From positions 1 to 27,525 of the IMG/VR virus record IMGVR_UViG_3300005512_000266: a DNA stretch of 27,525 bases; one strand, given 5' to 3'. Position 1 is the first letter of the stretch, and each line of letters opens with the position of its first letter. The notes beneath the pieces are model-generated. The model ran no database searches and was not told the DNA's origin. It saw only the letters and a program-made list of their open reading frames with translations. A program made the position numbers and the translations under genes. Positions 19,975-26,988 of the stretch are shown one piece after another. The DNA is from a virus (Duplodnaviria; Caudoviricetes).

Positions 19975-20446
19975 TGACCGATTATCCAAATATCCGGAGA
20001 TCGCAAGGGCCGGATGTCTTGTCAGATCGCTTCTCGCTATTGCTGAGGCTGATACTGGTATACTTCTTTCTGCGAAACAGATTCTTGATGCCTATGAATA
20101 TCTGCGTGAGATCAATGATGTAGATCCGTATAGGGGTGTAGAAAAAGACTGTTATGTAATGGGACATACGGATGCCATTGATATTGGTTTGCAATTACTT
20201 GGGTCCAAAAAGCAGTCATATTATATTGAGAGCCAATCGAAAAACGCCAAAGTCCGCGGCTTCAAAAGTGCAATTCCAATGTACCCGAATTACTATATCA
20301 ATCATTACAAATACTTGACCAAAGAAGGAAGAGCTGTCGGCCACTTCGTATTAGCGTCGAAGAATGGTGATACGTTATTCGATCCGTATTTCCCATGGCA
20401 CCCGCCAAAGACCTTTATGTCTTTTCGTATGTATGCCGTAGAGTAG
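19949..20446 (+). CDS. DUF261-like papain/C39-fold cysteine peptidase, candidate endolysin
   Basis: Q7..PEIARAGC23, GHFVL and LFDP give a Gln/Cys/His/Asp order; recalled similarity to the Borrelia DUF261 pattern; sits at the endolysin position; SD AAGGTG. Confidence 0.6.
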   Translation: MESPILQTDDRLSKYPEIARAGCLVRSLLAIAEADTGILLSAKQILDAYEYLREINDVDPYRGVEKDCYVMGHTDAIDIGLQLLGSKKQSYYIESQSKNAKVRGFKSAIPMYPNYYINHYKYLTKEGRAVGHFVLASKNGDTLFDPYFPWHPPKTFMSFRMYAVE

Positions 20447-20454
20447 GAGGAGGT

Positions 20455-20793
20455 ATGCGGAATGAAGCTGCGAGGAGCGCAATCTTGGCTATTGTGTTGT
20501 TTGCTTCTGGTTTTATATTCGGGACAACTTACCGCGCAGACAGCGCCAGCGCGACTATTTCAGACCTTGAAGACAGACTTGGTATCTCTACGCAGCGAAG
20601 TGAAGAGCTTGCTTCTGCAAATAGAAACCTTAGAGAGCGACAACAGGACGCTCTCGGAATCATTGAGAGAACAACAGATAATCTCGCGGCAGCAGGAGCT
20701 ACGGTCGGAAGAATTGACGACATTCTTGACCGAATCATTGGAACTGTCGCAGACCTTGAACAGGTCTATAACCTCCTTGAAGCGCCAGAATAG
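20455..20793 (+). CDS. N-terminally anchored coiled-coil protein (i-spanin-like), overlapping gene A
   Basis: Start ATG 20455 after GGAGG; MRNEAAR + TM SAILAIVLFASGFIFG + heptad coiled coil; 112 aa. Confidence 0.68.
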   Translation: MRNEAARSAILAIVLFASGFIFGTTYRADSASATISDLEDRLGISTQRSEELASANRNLRERQQDALGIIERTTDNLAAAGATVGRIDDILDRIIGTVADLEQVYNLLEAPE

Positions 20794-20884
20794 TATAAGC
20801 AGTTTGGTGTGGAAGATTGGTATCCCGACAGGGTTTCTTCTTGGAGTCGGATTAGGAGTTCGGATAAATGAGTCCTGTCGATGA
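20462..20884 (+). CDS. signal-peptide coiled-coil protein with C-terminal TM, overlapping gene B (+1 frame)
   Basis: ATG 20462 lies 7 nt after AGGAGGT; MKLR + hydrophobic core + LTA|Q; long Leu heptads; C-terminal WKIGIPTGFLLGVGLGV; 140 aa. Confidence 0.7.
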   Translation: MKLRGAQSWLLCCLLLVLYSGQLTAQTAPARLFQTLKTDLVSLRSEVKSLLLQIETLESDNRTLSESLREQQIISRQQELRSEELTTFLTESLELSQTLNRSITSLKRQNSISSLVWKIGIPTGFLLGVGLGVRINESCR

Positions 20885-21146
20885 TGGCATGCATCAGATC
20901 TATCGTGACAAGGACGGTATATTCCGGAATGAGCGCGGTCTACTTTCGATGCCGCATGTAACTGCATTCATTGCGTCGGTAATGGGTTGCGCTGTTGGAG
21001 CCTCTGGTTTGGTTGCATTTTTTCTTGGATATCAAGATTCGGTCACGCTCGTTACGACGGCATTGGGCCTTGTTGGTGCGGGGGCCGGTCTTGAGGGGTG
21101 GCAGACACACATTGAAGGGCGCAACCAGAGATACGGGGACCAGTAG
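20868..21146 (+). CDS. holin-like protein (2 TM)
   Basis: 92 aa; SD AGGAG; two hydrophobic helices and a charged C-tail; last gene of the late operon. Confidence 0.62.
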   Translation: MSPVDDGMHQIYRDKDGIFRNERGLLSMPHVTAFIASVMGCAVGASGLVAFFLGYQDSVTLVTTALGLVGAGAGLEGWQTHIEGRNQRYGDQ

Positions 21147-21274
21147 TGGTATCAGTATTGGTATCAGAATTATGAATCTGCATATGCTTTATATGCCATT
21201 TATCACTTTGCGAGCACTATTTTGATGTTGCAAATGATCTATATGCAATATATGAGCGACGTTTATACGATTCT

Positions 21275-21320
21275 CAAGCTTCCCAAGCTTGAGACGCGGG
21301 TTCGACTCCCGTCGGCCGCT
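21275..21320 (+). tRNA. 3' half of tRNA-Gly(CCC) (att core; not a complete tRNA)
   Basis: Anticodon arm CAAGC-TTCCCAA-GCTTG, variable loop AGAC, T arm GCGGG-TTCGACT-CCCGT, acceptor 3' strand CGGCCGC-T. No D arm or 5' acceptor strand upstream and no CCA. Confidence 0.9.
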
Positions 21321-21332
21321 CTCCTAAATAAC

Positions 21333-21376
21333 GGCTACATAACAACTTACAAGCAGTCGTTATGCAGCCTTTTTTT
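21333..21376 (+). terminator. rho-independent terminator after att core
   Basis: GGCTACATAAC...GTTATGCAGCC stem (one mismatch) followed by T7. Confidence 0.6.
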
Positions 21377-21416
21377 ATCTGGTATCAGAATTGATATCAG
21401 AATTCAGCATTGTGTA

Positions 21417-21731
21417 TTAGGCTTCAACAACCATGTCGTGGAAGTGCTCTTGTACCGTTTCGGTATCGAGGTTTCGGGAGGCCCATTCTAATGCTTCGTC
21501 GATTGTTAGCGGGTAGATATCGCTACCCCATGATCGCGTCCCACCTGAAGAATGATAGGCATACTTGGTATTCCCGTGACCTTCTCCCGCGAGGAAGTAA
21601 GAACCCTTCTTCGTCACGTACAGAGATTCCCGGTAATAGTTGAAGTCATTGACTGACCCTCCGGTATCATAATCGCCAATTTTTGTTGCTGTGTCTGTGT
21701 TGTACAGCTTTCCATCAATTACGCTTTTCAT
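21417..21731 (-). CDS. conserved mobile-element hypothetical protein
   Basis: Start set at ATG 21731 (SD AAGGAG); 104 aa; IDGKLYNTDTA..ESLYVTKKGSYFLAGEG..IYPLTIDEALEW is a pattern I recall from phage/ICE hypotheticals. Confidence 0.75.
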   Translation of the reverse strand: MKSVIDGKLYNTDTATKIGDYDTGGSVNDFNYYRESLYVTKKGSYFLAGEGHGNTKYAYHSSGGTRSWGSDIYPLTIDEALEWASRNLDTETVQEHFHDMVVEA

Positions 21732-21823
21732 ACACTCTCCTTGTGGTTTTTGTATCATGCGCTGTTTCAATTCCTGAAACAGATTTATTACCGAATTTGG
21801 CTATTACCATGTATGATTCTATC

Positions 21824-22957
21824 ATGGCTCGCTATCGGGAACCATTCTCAATTTTCAGATTCAGCAACGGATACTGGTATTTCTGGTACTACGACCGCAA
21901 CGGGGTGCGCAGAAAGAAGTCAACCGGCAAGAAACGCAAGTCATCAGCGATGACGTATGCGTATCGGTATGTGTCGGCGCTCCCGGCTTCCGGGACATTG
22001 CGTGGTTATACTAACGGATGGTTTCAGCGTGATAGCTGTCCATGGACACGCATGCGAAGCGAATCCGGAAGCGTCCCGTCTGATGCGTATCTTGCATTAC
22101 GATACGGATATCTGAACAACTATATTCTCGTCGCGTTCGGGTCGCGCATCATGTCGGATGTGACAACGCAGGAGGTCCAGTCATGGCTATACTCACTGGA
22201 TCGTTCTGCGCAGACGAAAAAGCATATCAGGAAGTGCCTGTTCGACATCTACGAATACGCACTACGGTATGACAATTCCGTACCGTCGAATCCTGTAGGT
22301 GCGGTTCCGATTCCATCTGGCGTATCTGTAAGGTACGATATTCTTACCGATGAGGAAACTGAGAGCGTTGTAAACGCCGCGCTCCGCGAGGATCCGCGCC
22401 GCGGGATTGCGCTGTACATTCTTTGGCAGACGGGTATCAGGAGCGGCGAGTTGCTTGGGCTCCGCCCGATAGACCTGATTGTTGATCCACCGTCGATCAT
22501 GGTGCGTCAGAACGTGCGTGACGCCGGGGTTGCGCGACCGAAGAGCAAGGCGTCTGTGAGAGCGACCCCTATTACTGCTGATTTACTTGCTGTTGTTCAA
22601 TTATGCATTATTGATCTGAAGGAGGCGGATCGGATTTTTCCTGAGACGCGCCGGACTCTGAGTCGTTGGTTGAACGATGCCATTGCTGCGAGTCAGGTAT
22701 CACTGCGTGGACGCCGTATCGTGATACATTCCTTTCGTAACGAACATAATTCACGTTTCCTCGGGAAAATTGATGGCGATATACTCCGGACGTCAATGGG
22801 TCATGTGTCTGAGAGGATGACAGATCGGTACGATCGGAGGTTCCTTGAGACGTTAGTTGCGATGCTTGATCCGATGCGCGCTTTTTTGCCCGTGGCGCAA
22901 CACTTCGATCGTCAGCATACGGAGCGACAATCAGGAAAAACCCGAGAAGCACCATGA
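21824..22957 (+). CDS. int: tyrosine integrase
   Basis: Arm-binding-like N-terminus (WYFWYYDRNGVRRKKSTG); catalytic R (TGIRSGE), K (PKS), HxxR (HSFR), H (MGH), Y (MTDRY). Start is ATG 21824 or 21809. Confidence 0.93.
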   Translation: MARYREPFSIFRFSNGYWYFWYYDRNGVRRKKSTGKKRKSSAMTYAYRYVSALPASGTLRGYTNGWFQRDSCPWTRMRSESGSVPSDAYLALRYGYLNNYILVAFGSRIMSDVTTQEVQSWLYSLDRSAQTKKHIRKCLFDIYEYALRYDNSVPSNPVGAVPIPSGVSVRYDILTDEETESVVNAALREDPRRGIALYILWQTGIRSGELLGLRPIDLIVDPPSIMVRQNVRDAGVARPKSKASVRATPITADLLAVVQLCIIDLKEADRIFPETRRTLSRWLNDAIAASQVSLRGRRIVIHSFRNEHNSRFLGKIDGDILRTSMGHVSERMTDRYDRRFLETLVAMLDPMRAFLPVAQHFDRQHTERQSGKTREAP

Positions 22958-23426
22958 ATGCGATAGCAAGTGACGGTCCGGTTGTGAGTTCTGAATTAAC
23001 GGTAGCTGTCTTTACATACCCAGAGTTCATCAGAACCGCCGCTTCAATGACATCAAAGAAATGAACCCACGTCAGTGTCCCCCATATCTGTGGGATAACC
23101 GGGAGCGCCGGGAGAGCCCCCCAGATCCCCTGGGTAAGTGAAAGCTGGTTTATGACGATAGCGGCAACAAGTCCGACAATGGACATTGCCACGAGCACCT
23201 TCTCTTCTGCGCGTATGCCGGCAAGGGCGCCGTCGAGCGTTTTACGCTGGACCCACACGGAATTGTATGATGAGCGATAGTTCTGGATCCCCTGCGCGGT
23301 ATATTCTTTCATGTGCCCACGCTCATGAATCTCTATGCGCACGGCAAAATACAGGCACCCAAACAACATAACAGCGAGATATGATAATGCAACCGCCTTC
23401 CAGTATTTCCTATTCTGGATCGCCAA
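22608..23426 (-). CDS. membrane protein with HExxH motif (M50-like metallopeptidase)
   Basis: TM-IHERGH..ALAG-TM layout with several hydrophobic segments; TTG start after GGGGAG; C-terminal part overlaps int antisense. Confidence 0.55.
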   Translation of the reverse strand: MAIQNRKYWKAVALSYLAVMLFGCLYFAVRIEIHERGHMKEYTAQGIQNYRSSYNSVWVQRKTLDGALAGIRAEEKVLVAMSIVGLVAAIVINQLSLTQGIWGALPALPVIPQIWGTLTWVHFFDVIEAAVLMNSGYVKTATVNSELTTGPSLAIAFMVLLGFFLIVAPYADDRSVAPRAKKRASDQASQLTSQGTSDRTDLSSSQTHDPLTSGVYRHQFSRGNVNYVRYERNVSRYGVHAVIPDSQQWHRSTNDSESGASQEKSDPPPSDQ

Positions 23427-23748
23427 TATGCTCCCCCATTTCTCGGGCTACCGCGTGAAGATCTTTAGAGTGTACAATGATCCATACACCTGGTCTCCCC
23501 TTTTCTGCAAGGATGACGACTGGTGTTTTCTGCTCTTTCAATGCGAGTTCTTTCGTTGCGTCCCAGAGTGTGATAACAGAGTGTTTGGCTTTTGCTTTGA
23601 TCTCTATGAACAGTCGAGTGTGAAGCGTATCGGACCTTGTGATTTTCGAGTTCCCACCGGAGAGTGGCGTTCGTTCGACACCGAACAGCTTGCCTACGCG
23701 CCGCTCGATGCTTTTCCACCAGTTGCGATTGGCTGCCGCACTGCTCAT
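23410..23748 (-). CDS. Holliday junction resolvase (Hjc-like PD-(D/E)XK)
   Basis: WKSIERRVGKLF..RTPLSG..SD..FIEIK..KTPVVI; ATGA-coupled start at 23748. Confidence 0.75.
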   Translation of the reverse strand: MSSAAANRNWWKSIERRVGKLFGVERTPLSGGNSKITRSDTLHTRLFIEIKAKAKHSVITLWDATKELALKEQKTPVVILAEKGRPGVWIIVHSKDLHAVAREMGEHIGDPE

Positions 23749-24506
23749 GTGGATATCCTGTGTGACGGCCAGATGAACGGCACGATGATGGCTGTCTGCT
23801 GGAAGCGGTCCCATAGACGGTTGTAACCGTCGAAGTCGATGAACTTCTTGAAGGAGTCTTCATCGAAGTTTGTTATGATAATTGTTGGTCTGCTGTATTT
23901 GTATCTTCCGTCCAGCAAATCGAACAGATGGATTTTCTCGGCGTTTGTATCAAAGGAGACCCCGATCTCCTCGATGATAAGTAGTTCTGTATTGATGTAA
24001 CTGTTCATGATTGCACGTTCTGTTTGGTTTTTGAACGTGTAGCTTGCTTTGATTTCCTGCATGATATGCAGGAAAGGCGTAGCAATCACTTCAATGCCTA
24101 ACTCGACAGCTTTCTTCCCTATTGCGTAGGCAAGGTGATTTTTCCCTGTCCCCGGCAGTCCGGCAAGGATTAGCGTATTGCGTTTGGCTTCGCGGATCCG
24201 CGAGAGGTTCTGCGCGAATACTCTGCATGTCTGGAGCGCGCTTTCCTGTTCATGCCCGGCATAAACTGTATAGTTGTCGAATGTTGAATCAAGAAAGCGC
24301 GGCCCGAAGAGTCGGTTTATGGTTGTCTTGTTTGTGTATTTTTTTAGGTTTTCCGGGGTTTCCGGTTCCGCGTCCTGCCATATCAGATCCCTTTTCCCCT
24401 CTTCGATTGCGAGAAGGCTGCGCGGGTCTGTAAGCATTGACTCAATTATACTGCTAGCATTTCGTGGACCCATTTCTCCTGTGACATTGATTCGCTGACT
24501 TTCCAA
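23745..24506 (-). CDS. DnaC/IstB-like AAA+ helicase loader
   Basis: RFLDSTFDNY, Walker A GLPGTGKNH, Walker B LLIIEEIG, RY..RPTIIITN, RLWDRF. Confidence 0.9.
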   Translation of the reverse strand: MESQRINVTGEMGPRNASSIIESMLTDPRSLLAIEEGKRDLIWQDAEPETPENLKKYTNKTTINRLFGPRFLDSTFDNYTVYAGHEQESALQTCRVFAQNLSRIREAKRNTLILAGLPGTGKNHLAYAIGKKAVELGIEVIATPFLHIMQEIKASYTFKNQTERAIMNSYINTELLIIEEIGVSFDTNAEKIHLFDLLDGRYKYSRPTIIITNFDEDSFKKFIDFDGYNRLWDRFQQTAIIVPFIWPSHRIST

Positions 24507-24778
24507 TGATAGTTCCTCTTCATGACAAACTCATGACTGAACGCCACAAGCATGTCGATAAGGCCGGGTGTAAACAGGTACGCAAGATTGTATTTGTCTG
24601 GCGACCCGTATTTTTCATTCTGGTACGCATACTCAAGCGCATATTTGATTCTTTGTAACGTATACGTTTGAACCGCTTCGGAAATCTTTACCTTTGTTTC
24701 GTCGGAAAGATTAACTCGCTGCTTCGGTATTCCCGTTATCCGTGAATACGTTTCCACCACTTCCATCAATGTTGTCAT
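24446..24778 (-). CDS. small replication protein resembling the C-terminal domain of phage initiators
   Basis: 110 aa; SD GAGGTG; YTLQRIKYALE..LAYLFTP; directly upstream of the DnaC-like gene. Confidence 0.5.
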   Translation of the reverse strand: MTTLMEVVETYSRITGIPKQRVNLSDETKVKISEAVQTYTLQRIKYALEYAYQNEKYGSPDKYNLAYLFTPGLIDMLVAFSHEFVMKRNYHWKVSESMSQEKWVHEMLAV

Positions 24779-25610
24779 TATACACCTCGTTTAATAATGT
24801 AGTTCCTGTTTTCGCGCGTTGTTTGTGCGGGAAACGATGGAGCAACCGATAAAGATTAAGTAATGCGGTAAAAACCTTGAAAGCTGTTTCTATATCCATG
24901 TATCGGGCATGGGTATATGGCCATAACTTCAGTTTTGTACCAGGTATATCAGGGTTTGAGGATATGAGAAGATTCCGGCATGAAATATTGTCATACGACG
25001 AAAGAATATCTGTTTGCATTATTGCGTATCTGTATGCAGATAGCTGGAATGCATGTTCCTGATATGTAACGAATTTTGGAATACCCGACACGAGGTGATC
25101 TTTTGCAAACTGGGTCTTGAAGTCAAGTATTACAGGCCGTTCATTCATATGTCCAATAAAATCTATCCGTCCCCCATATCCGTAATCATGATTTGCGAAC
25201 GAAACTTCTGAATACCCAACGAGAGAATTGTCGTTGAGAAACGACACGACTGACGCGACAACAGCGGCGTACTGCGCGGGAAGATGTGGATCGAAAGGCT
25301 CCCGTGTAACAAGGTGCCGCTCGATACTGTCATGGATGATTGTTCCGATTTCGGCCGCTCGGCCTGATGCTGCTCCAGCATCCTCGATGATCCGATCTGT
25401 GTATGATTCGTCAGTTTCTCCGAATCTCCGCGGAAGTGTGAGCGCGGACATGAGAACCTGCCTTGCGTACCAGTCGCGCAGCCCCTTCTTGTCCAGTATA
25501 CGCTCGATTGTCGTTACGCTCGGGTAGTTTCCGTCTTTTTTTGCGGCCACAAGCCCGCCCTCATGGGCGGGAGTGGCGTCCGGTGTGTAGAAATGACCGG
25601 CCATTACCAA
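24711..25610 (-). CDS. PD-(D/E)XK exonuclease
   Basis: YPSVTTI, GTIIHDSIE, E..GYGGRIDF..ILDFKT, QLSAY motifs. Confidence 0.85.
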   Translation of the reverse strand: MVMAGHFYTPDATPAHEGGLVAAKKDGNYPSVTTIERILDKKGLRDWYARQVLMSALTLPRRFGETDESYTDRIIEDAGAASGRAAEIGTIIHDSIERHLVTREPFDPHLPAQYAAVVASVVSFLNDNSLVGYSEVSFANHDYGYGGRIDFIGHMNERPVILDFKTQFAKDHLVSGIPKFVTYQEHAFQLSAYRYAIMQTDILSSYDNISCRNLLISSNPDIPGTKLKLWPYTHARYMDIETAFKVFTALLNLYRLLHRFPHKQRAKTGTTLLNEVYNDNIDGSGGNVFTDNGNTEAAS

Positions 25611-26005
25611 GGGATGTTGTCATTAAATGACGCGAGAGCGCTATCGGTTTGTACGTTTTCAGATACACCGACATTGCCGTTCTTGCTATCGAGAAGCTCA
25701 ATGTTGTCAGCAAGGAAGTAGACTTTTGACCGTGCCTTCCTTGTTTCCTTGTCTTCCCAACGATCCTGCCGTGGCGTGGCTTCTATGGCAACGCGCTTTC
25801 CCTTTTCAAGATACTGGGTGATTCGGGAATTGATGTGTTCAATGTCGAAATACGACACCTGTTCTACCCATTCGTCCCCAATCTTTTTTACATAGTTACA
25901 TGCAATGGAGAACTTTGTTATCGAGAATTTCTCAGTGATTGGGGTGAGTTCTGCGTCTCTGGTGAGTCGGCCTACCAGGAATGTCTTTGTGATGTCACGC
26001 GCCAT
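25604..26005 (-). CDS. ssb: single-stranded DNA-binding protein
   Basis: LVGRLTRDAEL, FSIACN, YLEKGKRVAIE, acidic tail DNIPW; SD AGGAG. Confidence 0.93.
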   Translation of the reverse strand: MARDITKTFLVGRLTRDAELTPITEKFSITKFSIACNYVKKIGDEWVEQVSYFDIEHINSRITQYLEKGKRVAIEATPRQDRWEDKETRKARSKVYFLADNIELLDSKNGNVGVSENVQTDSALASFNDNIPW

Positions 26006-26987
26006 GGTCGTCTTTCTCCTCTATTGTTTGGGATGTAATCAATTCGGTGATTTTTTGTATCGCCGTATCGATATCCTTGATCAGTTTTTTTGCTTGGGGT
26101 TCTGAAGATGCGTCCATCTGAAGAAGTGTTTCGATGTACGTTTTCTTTTCGTCCGACAGGATATGCGGCAACGTCTCTTTGTTGGCTACAACCAGCGCCG
26201 TAAGCCGGGCTTTTGCGTTCTTGATCTCCACCTGATAGTCATTGATACCCTTGAGATCTTCAGGGATTTCTTTGACGATGCCGTGACGCCATAGCCTATC
26301 CTTGCCGTATCGCTGTTCAAGCACAGAAAAGTCCCATTCAAAAACTTCCTGATCCCGGAACATTTCAGGCATGCGTGTTTTTGCAACGCGCGCCCACCGT
26401 TTCCCGGAAGCGTCACGCTTGAGTTCAAAGCCGAGGTCAAAGAGGCGGTCGAGGTATTTGCCGCCGTCGAACGTGTAACCGTCAGTGACAGCCTCTCCAT
26501 TCTTGTCCTTGACCTTCCGCTCTTTCATGTGTGCCGTGAACACAACATTCATGTCGAGATTCTTGATAAGGTTTATGAATCGTTTCTCGTATTTGTATGC
26601 CTCTCCGTAATGTCGGCCATGGCCTGCGCCGACGCGATCTTCGGCGTTCTGGAGTGTTTCCTCAAACAGGGCTGTATACGGATCAATGACGAGGGTGAGA
26701 AAATCGTGGTCCTCAGTCATGAGCATCTTGATTTCATCCATGACCTCTTCCGGATTCGGTACACGGGTATGAGTCTTCCCATTGACGGCATATTCGATAC
26801 GGTCAAATACGACTCCTCCGACGCGCTCGATGGTATCAGAGTAGTGATCAGTTCCGCCGTCAAGATCGATGACGTACGGACGCGGCATGTTGATCGCCGC
26901 GGTAGTTTTCCCGACACCAGGGTCTGAAATCAGATAGAATTTCAGTCTGCTGGTGCGTGAAGATGGTGTTTTTCCATGTAAAGGCAT
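25995..26987 (-). CDS. Sak4/AAA_24-like ATPase (single-strand annealing recombinase)
   Basis: Start set at ATG 26987 (SD AAGGAG); PGVGKTT, VIDLDGG, TLVIDP, NVVFTAH, AKTR; next to ssb and the exonuclease. Confidence 0.82.
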   Translation of the reverse strand: MPLHGKTPSSRTSRLKFYLISDPGVGKTTAAINMPRPYVIDLDGGTDHYSDTIERVGGVVFDRIEYAVNGKTHTRVPNPEEVMDEIKMLMTEDHDFLTLVIDPYTALFEETLQNAEDRVGAGHGRHYGEAYKYEKRFINLIKNLDMNVVFTAHMKERKVKDKNGEAVTDGYTFDGGKYLDRLFDLGFELKRDASGKRWARVAKTRMPEMFRDQEVFEWDFSVLEQRYGKDRLWRHGIVKEIPEDLKGINDYQVEIKNAKARLTALVVANKETLPHILSDEKKTYIETLLQMDASSEPQAKKLIKDIDTAIQKITELITSQTIEEKDDHGA

Positions 26988-26988
26988 A

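Larger units (their letters stand above)
21147..21403. mobile_element. attP site: core plus integrase arm-type repeats
   Basis: Tandem 12-mers TGGTATCAGTAT/TGGTATCAGAAT (21147-21170) and TGGTATCAGAAT/TGATATCAGAAT (21380-21403) flank a tRNA fragment; phage genes lie on both sides and the integrase is nearby. Confidence 0.85.

Noticed and set aside
21240-21325. Complete functional tRNA-Gly gene
   Set aside because: No 5' acceptor strand (GCGGCCG expected) or D arm upstream; it is an att core fragment.
20995-21643. ORFs 20995-21225, 21222-21491 and 21410-21643
   Set aside because: They run across attP repeats, the tRNA fragment or antisense to a better gene; TTG starts without SD.
21683-21823. 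N-terminal extension of integrase from TTG 21683
   Set aside because: It overlaps the divergent gene's start and does not look like an integrase; the domain starts at MARYREPF.
790-22915. Frequent CGATCG hexamers (HIP1-like)
   Set aside because: Only a modest excess by eye, the full GCGATCGC is rare, and codon usage could explain it; a Markov-model test would be needed.
23335-23826. 163-aa + strand ORF and other long antisense ORFs (e.g. 7043-7681, 14513-15121)
   Set aside because: Shadows of well-supported genes on the other strand, with no motifs or SD.
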